Origin: Eukaryota sp. TZLM1-RC
Taxonomy: Eukaryota > Protista > Metamonada: BaSk clade
Length of the DNA stretch: 64,000 bases
Direction of reading: 5' to 3'
Assembly: GCA_040285825.1 (NCBI GenBank)
Contig: JAUPSS010000002.1
Span: 620,001 to 684,000, forward strand
The translations under genes and the position numbers were made by a program. Below, piece after piece: positions 13,250 to 24,529 of the stretch (the first letter of the stretch is position 1; each line of letters begins with the position of its first letter). Under the pieces are notes generated by a model, which was not told the origin of the DNA, ran no database searches, and saw nothing but the letters and a program-made list of their open reading frames with translations.

Positions 13250-14089
13250 GAATCATGTAACCACTTAGGTTACCTTGTAACCAATCCACAGTTCTGCAAT
13301 TTGCTAACTTGGACAGCTGCATACAATGTGGCAAAACCTTTATGGCCCAAATTGACATCATGAGCACACAGCAGACAATAGTTTAGATCCATCAGGCATT
13401 TTGGACAAATTTTCCATCAATAAAGGTTATCAGCAGCAGATATTACATCCAAGAAAGAATTAATTGCAATATAATTAATTGAAGGAGGTAGATCAATCAA
13501 TAAGCACAGCCAATTATGATCAGTGTTTATGTTTTAAAAGTTCAATTTGATATTATTAATTGATAATTGTATATTCCATGAATGTATCGATTCCTTTTTG
13601 ATTTTAATATGGTATTGCTCAATCTTGAGTCAAAATATATATAGCTTTGTGTATAATGGCAATTCAATGTTTTGCAACTCACAATTGAACAGTCCTACTG
13701 TTCTTTTTGAAATATCTATTGAGCGAGAAATTTGAATATGAAGGCAAGAGTTTTCCATTAATTTCCCAATTTTGCTTCATTTTGTAGAGATTAATAAGTA
13801 ATAGACATTAACTGAAATCAAATTCACGTTAAGTTGATTTTGATTGTTATTCCAGACGAAAACAGCTCATTTGCCAATTGTGATAACTGTTTCGTCATTT
13901 TAGTATGTGGTTGCTTTCATTTTGTTAAACTATTGAAATTGAATGACACAGGCTTTACGCCAAAAACTCAACAATTTTATTGAGGTAAACTATGTATCTG
14001 TTGCAATGGAGAAAAATGAAGAAAATCTTCACCTTGTCACCAATCAATCATGAAAAAAACAAATAAAATTTATATAAACAACTCAAAAT

Positions 14090-15565
14090 CTACAACAAAC
14101 TCAAAGCTTTTACTAAGAGATCCATAGTTCTTCCTACACTGGGAATATCACACTCTTCATTGACAGAGTGGGGGAATCTAATGGTAGGGCCGATACTGAC
14201 TGCCATTATGTCCCTTTCTGGTTGAAGAGCCATCAAGATTGAGCATTCAAGACCAGCATGAATTGAATAAATCTTGGGAACAAACCCAAACATTGAATCA
14301 TGCACCCTAGACAATGTTTGTACAATCAAACTTGAGGGCTGTGGATTCCATCCACTGAATCTATTGCCCCTTACATCAGCCTTAGCCCCGGCCAATCTAG
14401 CCAGACTCTCTACTTGAAGTTCAAATGCATCCATCTCACTATCAACGGATGACCTGGCAAAGAGTTCAATAACAAATTGATTGTCAACAATGTTGGCCAA
14501 TGCAAGATTGTTTGAAGTTAAAACAGCACCAGGGATTTCAGGGTTGAGCTTGATAACACCATGAGGAATGGAGTTGAGGAGGTCAATCATTTTTAACGAA
14601 TCATTATCATCAATGACTGTTATTTCTTGGGAGATATTAGTTTCAGAAACAATCAACTGCATATCAGGGTCAATCACAGTAAATTCCTGCTTGATATCAG
14701 CAAAACAATCAGTAAATGCCCTCTTCCATGATTCCGTCTCTTCTACTACCAACTCAACTGTTGCTTGGGCAGGAATAACGTTTCTAGCTCTTCCAGCAGC
14801 AAATTTTGAAATTCTGAATGATTTCTTGGTAGCACTATGGGCAAAAGAAGTAAGGCGAGCCATCAGTTTGATAGCATTGGCCCTTTGCTCATCAATATTG
14901 ACTCCAGAATGGCCAGACTTAAGGTTCTTGAGAACAATTTCAAGTTTCTTCATGTTGGAGACTTGCTTAAAAGACAAAGGAAGGGTGACGACACTTTCAC
15001 TACCCCCGGACGAGCCAATACAAAGGGCATGTTCCTCTTCTGAATCAAGGTTGATAATAATGGAACTTTTGAAGGGAACGCTACATCTCTCTGCACCACT
15101 CATATCAGTTTCTTCATCAACAGTGAGTAGGACTTCGAGAGGAGGATGTTCCAGGTCATTAGATTCCAAAATAGCAATAGCCATAGCTACACCCATACCA
15201 TTATCTGCACCCAGTGAGGTTCCTTGGGCCTTGAGGAGATCGCCCTGGATCGAGGTCTGAATTGGGTCCTTAGAGAAATCAATAGGAGTATTTTCATCAT
15301 TAACTGCAACCATATCAACATGTGCTTGAAGCATAGTGACTGGAGATTCCTCATGACCTGCTGTTGCAGGTTTAGTGATCAAAACATTGCCTACATCATC
15401 GCGGAAGGTTTTGATGTTGGAGCTGAAGGATTTAACCAAATTCTCGATCTTGTCGTTCAAATGAACGCAGTTCCCAGATTCATGAGGGATAGCGCAGATC
15501 CACTGAAAGTGGTGGAAGACACGTTCTTGAAGAGAGTTTTGAGCAAACGAGGTGAGGGATGTCAT
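14090..15565 (-). CDS. pepD: Aminoacyl-histidine dipeptidase (M20 family, PepD-like)
   Basis: IPHESG, LQAHVDMV, LGADNG, DEE, NLDSE, GHSG, HAGLEC, SIGP..PHS..E motifs; intronless. Confidence 0.9.
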   Translation of the reverse strand: MTSLTSFAQNSLQERVFHHFQWICAIPHESGNCVHLNDKIENLVKSFSSNIKTFRDDVGNVLITKPATAGHEESPVTMLQAHVDMVAVNDENTPIDFSKDPIQTSIQGDLLKAQGTSLGADNGMGVAMAIAILESNDLEHPPLEVLLTVDEETDMSGAERCSVPFKSSIIINLDSEEEHALCIGSSGGSESVVTLPLSFKQVSNMKKLEIVLKNLKSGHSGVNIDEQRANAIKLMARLTSFAHSATKKSFRISKFAAGRARNVIPAQATVELVVEETESWKRAFTDCFADIKQEFTVIDPDMQLIVSETNISQEITVIDDNDSLKMIDLLNSIPHGVIKLNPEIPGAVLTSNNLALANIVDNQFVIELFARSSVDSEMDAFELQVESLARLAGAKADVRGNRFSGWNPQPSSLIVQTLSRVHDSMFGFVPKIYSIHAGLECSILMALQPERDIMAVSIGPTIRFPHSVNEECDIPSVGRTMDLLVKALSLL

Positions 15566-16300
15566 TCTGAGTGATATTGTTTATAACAGTGGAAGAAGTG
15601 TCCTTTTTACACTGATGAAGAGTGACTGAGTTTTTGGGCACTGTGATTTGCAACTCAAGTGCTTATTTTCAGTTTCGCAACATCCACTCACCAGTATCTC
15701 AAGTTGCAAATCATCAGTAAAAGAGTTAGTAACACACTACTGTGTAGTTTCTTCGACGAGTACTACAAAGTCAACATCGAAGGTCTTATCATTGTGGATA
15801 CACCGTCATCTTTCAATGGCTCATTCCGATCAGGATAGATCAGGGCAATGCGTATTCTAAAGTTGTCTCTCAAAAATAATCATCATCATTGTTAAATAGA
15901 CGTCTTTGTACACAAACACGGCGGGCAACCGCGGAGTTCTGGCCATAACTCTGCACACTTTCGAAAACAAACACCATCTCCAAACTCACTCCGAAAGCAC
16001 ATGAGCGAGGTTGTCCCGGATCAACTCCATCAACAGGATAAATTGGATTGTGCTCAAAGGGAGGTGTTTTTGCGGACCCTCAAGGTCTCTTTTTCTTTGC
16101 AACACCCTTCAGTTTAACATTTTCAGTAATCTTACTGGCAGACGAAACATTGCTCATCTCTGCTTTAGTTCTCCTAGTCCTTGGTGTCCTTTCTTTAAAT
16201 TCAGAAAAGGTAACAAAAATCCCGTTAAAATCATTTCTAATTGTTATCTTTCTGAACTTCATTTTCTCATCAACATTATTGATACCAACGAATGAATGAG
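15566..16300 (-). pseudogene. Fanzor-like relic (WED end, RuvC-I, right end) abutting the pepD ATG
   Basis: ITIRNDFNGIFVTF, basic linker, then GVDPG (16014-16028), later LSCKSQC; last ~75 nt homologous to the Fanzor ends at 19061-19135 and 39893-39963. Confidence 0.6.
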
Positions 16301-17109
16301 GAAAAGTTTTAAATACCCTATTCAGACTGATCAGTGCAATAAATAAAAGTTTATTTCGGCAACAAACACATTTTAAAACTAAACAACAAACCTTAACTAA
16401 AGCTTTTACCTATTCAAACCCCATCAATTGAATGACGGGAAATTTTCGCTATTCATCTGAATAGCAACTCTCTTGTTATAAAACTTTGTAATGTTATTCA
16501 ATTTGGAGTTATAAAACGAAAAAGAGCTTTTAACAACGAAAATACAATTCTGTTCTTCCAAACCAAAAAATCGAATGTACGACCACTTTCCTTGAGAAGT
16601 TTTTCCTACATCATCTAGATTTAGATGTTAAATTGAATTGAGACTAGAATTGAGACCTTCAGTTCCAAGGATACCAAAAATAGAAATAACAATTGGGACA
16701 ATTTGATGTTTCTGCCTCTTGTTTTAAATATGAAATTGATCATGATGGAAAATCATATTTTGTATTGTTTCGCTTTAAAAAGCTGAAGGAATTAAATATT
16801 GGATATCAGTATGAATCACAACAGAACTATGGAACGGTTTTCCCACAGCAGATGTTTCACCTTTAAGAAAGGGCAACATGCATGTTTTCGATAGTACATG
16901 TGGAGTTTGAAGAAATAAATTTTTAGTGTTTAAAAATTCTTTTTGGACATTAATAAACTAGTTTGTTTTGATAAATAGTTGAGCTATAAATTGTCAAAAC
17001 AAGTTTATCCAATCTGCAAATCTTTCAGAAAACTCAAATATGACATTTCTATTTTTATAGCTTTTAATTTATCAAATACCGAATAAAAAATCATCAAATA
17101 CACAACTAA

Positions 17110-17590
17110 AGCTCCACATCCTCTGAACCTACCTCTCCTAAACCGAAACAGTTAACTAATGAAAGATTCAGAAAATTTACTGAAAGACGAAAGTGAATCA
17201 GAAATTAATTTCACCATTCCCTGAAAAAAAGAAAATACAATCCTGTTTTGCCAGTAAACACGATTGAAAATTTTTCCACTCCTTTCCTTTACAACTAGAT
17301 TGAAATCCTCAAGGAAAGCCAAAGCAGCCTTACCTGAATATCCAAGCAAGGAAACAAAGAAACACAAATTATATTGGGCATGAGAATTTTCATTGAAAAA
17401 AGAAATAGGTTTCGCGTATTGAGCAATTCTGTTATTTTCTGTCAGCAGAAAGAGAATTCTGAGTTGATGAAATGTTCGTTAAAAGAATTACAAGGGTCAA
17501 TGGACATGGTATCTAAAATGGTAAAGCTTCAATTCAAGCCGGGAACAACCAAAACACCTCTTGTCAGACCCATAGAAGGTATATTGTAGC
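17110..17590 (-). mobile_element. CRE-like family B 3' fragment
   Basis: Homologous to 62708-63200 (VVKERSGKIFNRVYWQNRIVFS). Confidence 0.75.
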
Positions 17591-18502
17591 ATTTCTGCAA
17601 CCACTGATAGAAGCACACGAAGTGACTGTTGACTTTACTGCAAACTAAACCACCATTGTGTGGAATACGATGAACATGATTAGCAATAAATCAATTTTGC
17701 TTCCTAACAATTGTGACAAAAATCTTGCACATAATTAATCTTCTGGAAACGAAGACTACAGAGAAAAAAAACAGAACCAAAAAAAGAGGACCAGTAGATC
17801 GAAATATATGATTAAAGCTTAAATTAAAACAATGTCTTATCATATTCAATTTAACGTGCTTCTGTACATCCAGTTTCATCATTATTTTCTAAAAACAAAC
17901 CAAATGACTCATAGTATTAGATGAATTCATATTGGCTTTGAATTCAATTCCTTCAAATGTCGCTAAATTTGAAGAATTTGAAAGTGAAACATATTTGTGT
18001 TAGTCTAAAGCCAATTTCTGGGTCAGTTCAATGAAGGTTAATATTTTTATTGAATCTTTCACACTTATTTACCTTTGTTAATAACGTAGTAGATCCCAAA
18101 AGGTTGGAACATTGTGTAGAAAGCCAAATTTTCGTCCTAGCACTGAGAAAAGTATAAAATGAAGAATGTTCCATTTTCAGAAGCAATCAATGATATAAAA
18201 GCCCCAGTAGAACGTATCAAAAAATAATCACTTGCACTGGTGGGTTTTCCAGAAATTGGTGCTAATGTATTTTAATATTAAATTTGAAAACAAATTATAA
18301 TGGTTTGAATTATATTATATGAATAAAAACTTGAATAATGCTTGGTAAGTTGCACTATCAACCAATTAATTATCAAAAAATGTTCCATCAATCAAAATCT
18401 ATTGATGCATAATGAACTTCAGGATAGAGAGACATTTGGCCTGCAATCACATCGCATCAATAATGAAACAGACACCAAATAAACATATTAAATAACAATA
18501 AA

Positions 18503-19060
18503 CTAATCGATTCGAACCCTTTTCCTTGACACTACAGATTCAGCTGGAACACTAAAAGGAAGATCTCCGTATGAAGATCTTCGAGATAAACTGATTGGAG
18601 TAGAGGAGTTATCATGAGAGAGCAGGATATCATTACTAAAACGAACAGGGCACTTGGACTTTGTGTGTCCAAAATGACTACAAACAGAGCACCTATAGGC
18701 TCCACGCTTGTTGATTGACGACGTATCTAATGAACACATTTTGCGGTGCAAACAAGCAACTGTATTTAAGAGCTCTGGAACGTGTTTGGGAACGATAATG
18801 TAATCCCTGAGTCCAGATTTCTTGAATACATGAACAGGAAGAAGTTGAGTTAATTTCTCAATGGCTTCAGCTTCTGGGAGTGGAGATGGTATGGATAGAA
18901 TACGTCTAGCATCCGAAAGAGTAACCACATTACCTTGGTGGATTTGGGTGGCAATACGAAAGAGTTTGATGCTGTGATCATCAGAGTTCTGTTTAAGATC
19001 ATTTACCAACTCTTCAATTGATGTATAAGAACAGATTTTTTGAGTACAATCATAACTCAT
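18503..19060 (-). CDS. Small CCHC zinc-knuckle protein (paralog of 22762-23322)
   Basis: Intact ORF; CSVCSHFGHTKSKCP; N-terminal domain shared with the paralog. Confidence 0.75.
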   Translation of the reverse strand: MSYDCTQKICSYTSIEELVNDLKQNSDDHSIKLFRIATQIHQGNVVTLSDARRILSIPSPLPEAEAIEKLTQLLPVHVFKKSGLRDYIIVPKHVPELLNTVACLHRKMCSLDTSSINKRGAYRCSVCSHFGHTKSKCPVRFSNDILLSHDNSSTPISLSRRSSYGDLPFSVPAESVVSRKRVRID

Positions 19061-19650
19061 TCTTACAGATGATGTCTAAAACAATGAAATAAGTGTCCTT
19101 TTTAAACCAATGTAGAGGGACTTGGTTTTTGAGAAGAGGAAGATTTTCTCGAAAACTTTTTCTTTGAACCTTCATCAACGTTGGCTTTCTGTAGGTATAC
19201 CGGTCTATCTCCACCTTTTACATGTACTTCCATCACTGCCAACATATTTAGCCAAGCATTTCGGTCTCTATTCTACAAACTTTCACATGATTTACACATG
19301 GTAAGCCCATGACGAATAGACATCTCATGCCTCTTCTATGGCCTTGAGTTTCTGCACCATTAGAGTGTTTCAACTGTTTTCTCCGCTTTCTTACATTTGC
19401 AATAACAACTGGTTCGAAACTCATCAATCAAAAGACCTTATAACCAGCCTTTTTAAACAAAATTCTCAAACCTTTTCCTTTCGTAGGTTCTTTGAATTTC
19501 ATATGTTTTCGTTGTTCCCAGTCTCCGATTGCAATAACTACTTGGCTGGCATCACCAATTACTTATTTGAATCTCTGAATCATTTTTGCCTCAGATCTTG
19601 TGTGATTAATCTCAGCCCACAATCGTAGTTTCCTGAATATTTTTTAATGA
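19061..19650 (-). pseudogene. Fanzor1 C-terminal relic plus right end, abutting the CCHC gene ATG
   Basis: Translates (with stops and a frameshift) FRKLRL..IN..RSE.KMI..FK, IGDWEQRKHMKFKEPTKGKGLR.LFKKAGY, IDEFRTSC.C.C, HGLTMCKSC...NRDRNA.LN, GGDRPVYL. Confidence 0.88.
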
Positions 19651-20290
19651 TAGACAATACTATTCACATATTTCTTTTGTTTAATATACTCCATTAATCT
19701 ATCAAACCTGCAACTTTTGGAATTGAATTGGGATACAGTTGCTTCTTATTCTGCTACAGATTTAGTTTTTTGATTATTGTTACTCAAATCTAATGAGTTA
19801 TCAATTTCTTGGGGAATATTGATTTCTTGAGGTACTTTTCCTCTTAATAAACTAATTGTTCTTTCAGTCATTTGATTAATTATACTGCTGTTTAAATCCA
19901 TCATTTGTTGTTGCTCATCAGATGGTTCATAATTGGATAGATCAATCACTCTACCAGTAGAGTTACTTATTGTGATAAGAGTGTGATTCCCTCTCTCATG
20001 AGCGAAAGAGGAAGATTGATAGTCTTTAAAGGAAGGTGGAAAAATTTGTTGAAAAACATGCAATTGCAGTTGGAGTTGTTCATTGAACCTTCTCAACAAC
20101 ATCAACATGCTTTTTGCATACTTTCAACATAAACACAACAAGGATCTTTAATTGTTCCACGCGAGTAATAATTGTCACATAGCCAATTGTCTTTAGGTTA
20201 TTCAATGTAGATCTAAATCATGGTTTTTAATAGAATTACCTCTTTTAGTGTCAAATGTACAGAAAGTTGCCTCAATGGATTTTCTGCAAC

Positions 20291-20881
20291 TACACTGCTG
20301 GCAGTAATTAGTCTCACTGAGACTAATTATGTCTATGGCATCACTCAAAATCATCAAGTGAGACTAATTATGTTCTCAATTAGTACCATAAATTTTCATG
20401 TTTTCAACCGTTTTTTCTTCAAGCTCAGAACAAAAATGTATTTATTCAATAAAGATAATACTAATTACCAATATTACTAATATTACTAATATTACTAATA
20501 CTAATACTAATACAAAGGTAATACTAATTCCAATTCTTCATTACATATACTTATGAATAACCGCTTTTCGGGGTCTCCTCTTCTCCAGGCATTTGCCCGC
20601 ATTACTCCTCTTGAATAAATTGAATAGATTGTTGAATAAGTGAGAGTACATGTTGGTTTAGTTTATAAAAGAGTATTGTTTTTCGAAACAGCACACTACA
20701 AGGAATATTTGCTGAGGATAAAATTAGTCTCACTGGGAAATTAGTATCACGACAAAATTAGTATCACGACAAAATTAGTATCACGACAAAATTAGTCTCA
20801 GTGAGACTAATTATGGTTTGTGTTAGGAAAAATTCGAGAACAAAATTAGTCTCAGTGAGACTAATTACTGCCAGCAGTGTA
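20291..20881. mobile_element. Tc1/mariner-type MITE with TA TSD and repeated subterminal motifs
   Basis: TA|CACTGCTGGCAGTAATTAGTCTCACTGAGACTAATT ... perfect inverted copy|TA; internal 17-bp tandem AAAATTAGTATCACGAC and an (ATACTA)n tract. Confidence 0.85.
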
Positions 20882-21006
20882 GATAAATGCTGAAATCGCA
20901 TTCATTTCAATTGCACACTGAAGGCACTTATAATTTGATAATTAACCAATCAACAAACCAAAAAACACAGAAAAAAGTATTCTATATTAGTTTATTTTTC
21001 ACTGAA

Positions 21007-22636
21007 TTACATGTTTGGTGCTGGTCCTCTTGGTTTAGGAGCCTGGTCTCCCACGGGCCTAGACATCACCAAAGAATCAACACGGAGAATGGTAACTGCT
21101 GCATCAGTGGCAAATTTATAGCACCACCACTTACCTTGTAAATGATCGAAAATACCTGCAGACTTCATGTCGAGAGGTTTTCCATCATCAAGCCCAACAC
21201 CATCATACAAATTACCCTTTTCATGGGCTGCTCTGATTAAAGAGATGGTGTTAATATCATCATGACCAGAATTGACAGCCAATGCACGAGGAAGAAACTC
21301 CAATGCTTCAGCAAACTTCTTAATAGAATATTGATCTAAACCTGAAGTCTTTTCTCCAAGTGCAAATACACGGCGAGCTAGTTCACCTTCAGTAGCACCA
21401 CCGCCAGCAACAAATCTTCCATCAGTCACAGTGGCCTTGATGGTACGAACAGCATCGTTGATACTACGTTCACAGTCATCCATAACATGCTGGGAAGAAC
21501 CTCTAATGACAATAGTTGAAACAGCAGAGGACTCTTCTTCTTGCCTAAAAACAATAACCTTTTGAGAGCCAATTTCAGTAACACGGACTTCGTGACAATG
21601 ACCTAATTCCTCTTGGACAGGTGCACCAAATCTCACTAAAGGAGTAGCACGAACAGCTTTGCAAACACGTCGAAGATCAAACTTTGATAATACCTTAATG
21701 ACCATGATTTTGTGGGCTTCAAAGTAGTGAAGAGCGAGCTCCCCTACACTTCCTCCTGAAACAACAACATCTACACCAGCCTTAGCGATACCTTCAACAG
21801 CCTCCTTGACGCGGTTTTCTTCTTCCTTGTTGAATGCTTGTAGTTCCTCAGCATTGTGAAGGACGACCGTTCCTTTATTCTCAGGGGTTTCAAGGTCTAG
21901 ACCACAGCTAAAGACGGCTACATTACAGTCCTCTTTGTGACGAATGGAACCCTCCACATCACGAAGTAAGCAAAAGCCCTTGACAATGCTGGAGGAAACA
22001 ACAGAAGAACCTAGAATCTTTAAACATCGGACATTATCTGGGTTAAATTTCTTAGGATTGGATGGCATAATCGAGAGAGCAGACTTGCAAACGAGAGGAA
22101 CTAGTACGTCCTCAAGACCATACTTCTTTGCTTGAACAACAGCTGAAATACCGCGGGAAAGGTTTTCAATGTTAAGTTCATCAACCCTGTAACAGCAAAG
22201 TTCAGGGAGTTGAGAGAGGACAAATTCGAGAGATTTCTCATATCCGTTGATGATGTCTGAGGGATGGATACCCATTTTGAGGAGCGATTCAGCTTGAAGA
22301 AGAAGCTCACCAGCAAAAAGGAGGGCCTTGTTTGTAAAATCACCGTGTTCACGTTCTTGTTGCTGAGACGCCATAGCGACGATCTTGGCGGCAGGATGTT
22401 GAAGCTCCAATTCCGACACAACTACTGCTGCATCGGCTGATAAAAAGACCTTTTCCAGATGGTTAACTACGATCTTTTGGAGACCTAAGATAAGGGTATT
22501 CCGATCTCCACAAACCTGAAGGACCCAAAGAAGTACGGGTGATGTCTGTAAACTCTTTGACAGCGTTGATGTTGCGAATGATTGCTTCTTCTACACCAGT
22601 AAGTTGGGTGGTACCAGGTTTAAACAATGCAGACAT
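21007..22636 (-). CDS. CCT8: T-complex protein 1 subunit theta; 31-nt intron 22485-22515
   Basis: EEAIIRNINAVKE..TRTSLGPSG|LQKIVVNHLEK..ELELQHPAAK..; GT-AG intron restores the frame. Confidence 0.93.
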
Positions 22637-22761
22637 GTTGAAGAAGTTGTGGATGTAAAGTTGAAAGTGTCTTTGTAATTCAACCAACTTCTTTAACGAA
22701 CTTCAATTCAACGACCACAGCACAACAGTGACTTATCCCACTGTTTTAGACATCATTATTG

Positions 22762-23322
22762 ATGAGCTCGGAGGATATTCGCTTCCCAAAGAGGATAAGC
22801 TTTCCCAACCTTTTCGACGCCATTACTACCCTTTCTACAAAACATGATGCAGAAAGCACCATTTTCCTTGACATAGCACGAAAGATTTATAATGGAGATG
22901 TTTTTACTCTCTCTAATGTTCGACAGCTACTTGGACTTCCTACCTCCATGACTGAAAACGAAGTAATAGATAAGGTTGTCAACTCACTGCCCTTATATGC
23001 TTACAAGGAATCTTGGATGTCTGATTTTATATTGACCCCCATGGATGTTGCTGAACAAATTTATTTCATATCACTTCTTTATGAAAATACCAATATGACT
23101 ACAACTGCAATTCGGAGAGGCCCTTATAATTGTTCAATATGCCAGAAGTCTGGACATACGAAAGCCAAATGTCCTGAACGAATTAGACAAAATATCCCGA
23201 CCACTAGCATAGGTGGACGTAGGAAACGTGTGAAAAAGGAAAATACCACTCCGCCGACTCATTCAGCAGAGTCAAGAACTTCCCCACTAGCATCTCCTAG
23301 GTCGAATACTTCCAATCTGTAG
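22762..23322 (+). CDS. Small CCHC zinc-knuckle protein (paralog of 18503-19060)
   Basis: CSICQKSGHTKAKCP; IARKIYNGDVFTLS vs IATQIHQGNVVTLS in the paralog. Confidence 0.75.
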   Translation: MSSEDIRFPKRISFPNLFDAITTLSTKHDAESTIFLDIARKIYNGDVFTLSNVRQLLGLPTSMTENEVIDKVVNSLPLYAYKESWMSDFILTPMDVAEQIYFISLLYENTNMTTTAIRRGPYNCSICQKSGHTKAKCPERIRQNIPTTSIGGRRKRVKKENTTPPTHSAESRTSPLASPRSNTSNL

Positions 23323-23457
23323 TATCAATTCGACTTTTTTAGTTTTTTGTTCCTTGTATATTATATTTTGTTTTAGAAGTAAAACATGCTTCATTAAACA
23401 AATTTTCAAACAAAGTTGCGTTTATAAACACAAAAATTGGTCTAAGAATATACACTT

Positions 23458-23896
23458 CTAAAAGTCATTACGGATTCGCATTGCAAGGGCCATATCCTTT
23501 GGCATAATCGTGACTCTTTTGGCATGAATTGCACACAGGTTAGTGTCTTCAAAAACACCAACAAGATAAGCTTCGGCAGCTTCTTGAAGAGCAGAAATAG
23601 CGTTTTGTTGAAACCTTAACTGAAATTAGAGTCAAATATCGATACCATACTTCATTTCCAAACTCTTGGGCAATCTCTCTCACTAGACGTTGAAAGGGGA
23701 GCTTACGAATCAGGAGTTCGGTTGACTTTTGGAACTTTCTGATTTCACGGAGGGCAACGGTACCAGGACGATAGCGATGAGGCTTCTTGATACCACCAGT
23801 AGTGGGTGCAGCCTTGCGAGCAGCCTTGGAAGCCAAATGCTTTCTTGGTGTCTTGGTGGAGGTAGTTTTGCGAGAAGTTTGCTTAGTTCTTGCCAT
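23458..23896 (-). CDS. H3: Histone H3 (divergent variant); 31-nt intron 23620-23650
   Basis: [47 protein letters not shown]; splicing gives [41 protein letters not shown]. Confidence 0.93.
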
Positions 23897-24529
23897 TTTA
23901 CTGAGAGTTAGTAGAATAGGCTTTTATTTTCTGAATGAATGAAATTCGGATTTGAAACAATGCATTTATGGATTTTAAAGCATTGCTATAAATTCAAGAG
24001 ATGACGAATCACGAAATTTACTCTACATGAAGAATCACTGACAAAGTAACACATGTGAAGAAACAGACGGTCAAGGTTATCTTCACCAGCATAAAGCAGC
24101 ATCGAAAAGGATTTGATTGAAAATTTGATTGAAGAGAAAATTGTCTTTCCCCAGAAGAATGATATCCATAACTTTTACTTCACATCATTCCGTCATCCAT
24201 AACTCTTCCAAGGATGTCACCTATTTTTGGAACGTTTCATTGACTACAACTAGTATATTCATATTTAAACCAGCCATTGATTGTTATCGCCTCTGTCCAT
24301 AGAGCTGTCCTTGCAATCAATCATTTAACCCTGTATTACCGGATATTGTTATATACATATGCGACTTCTGTCAGGGTCTCATCTTCGAATGTTTGTCGGT
24401 GGTTGTCATGTGTTCATTTTTTTCACGGTTTTGTTGTTGTTAACAAATGTTGTGTAGAACGTTTTTCCGTCCTAATGTGATATGACGTCTGAATACAACA
24501 AGTCTTTCAGTATGTTACTGCGTATTTTG

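Larger units (their letters stand above)
9300..13500 (-). mobile_element. HERO/R4-like RLE non-LTR relic interrupted by two younger insertions
   Basis: Joined across the inserts it reads C..C....HI...C, WLHDSIF, RP(G)..ILI..ICELSSP..K..NY and FEVSARG..CSYRI; second copy of the 3' part at 62460-62665. Confidence 0.65.

Noticed and set aside
14568-15260. Long antisense ORFs over pepD, tubulin, MSH4 and the retrotransposons
   Set aside because: Shadow ORFs of real coding strands with no independent motifs.
20735-20812. 17-bp tandem repeats resembling a mini CRISPR array
   Set aside because: No spacers; they are subterminal repeats of a TA-flanked TIR element.
23897-24060. Possible Fanzor tail (LLC..RDSSS.LN) upstream of histone H3
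   Set aside because: Needs frameshifts and matches too few residues; not counted.
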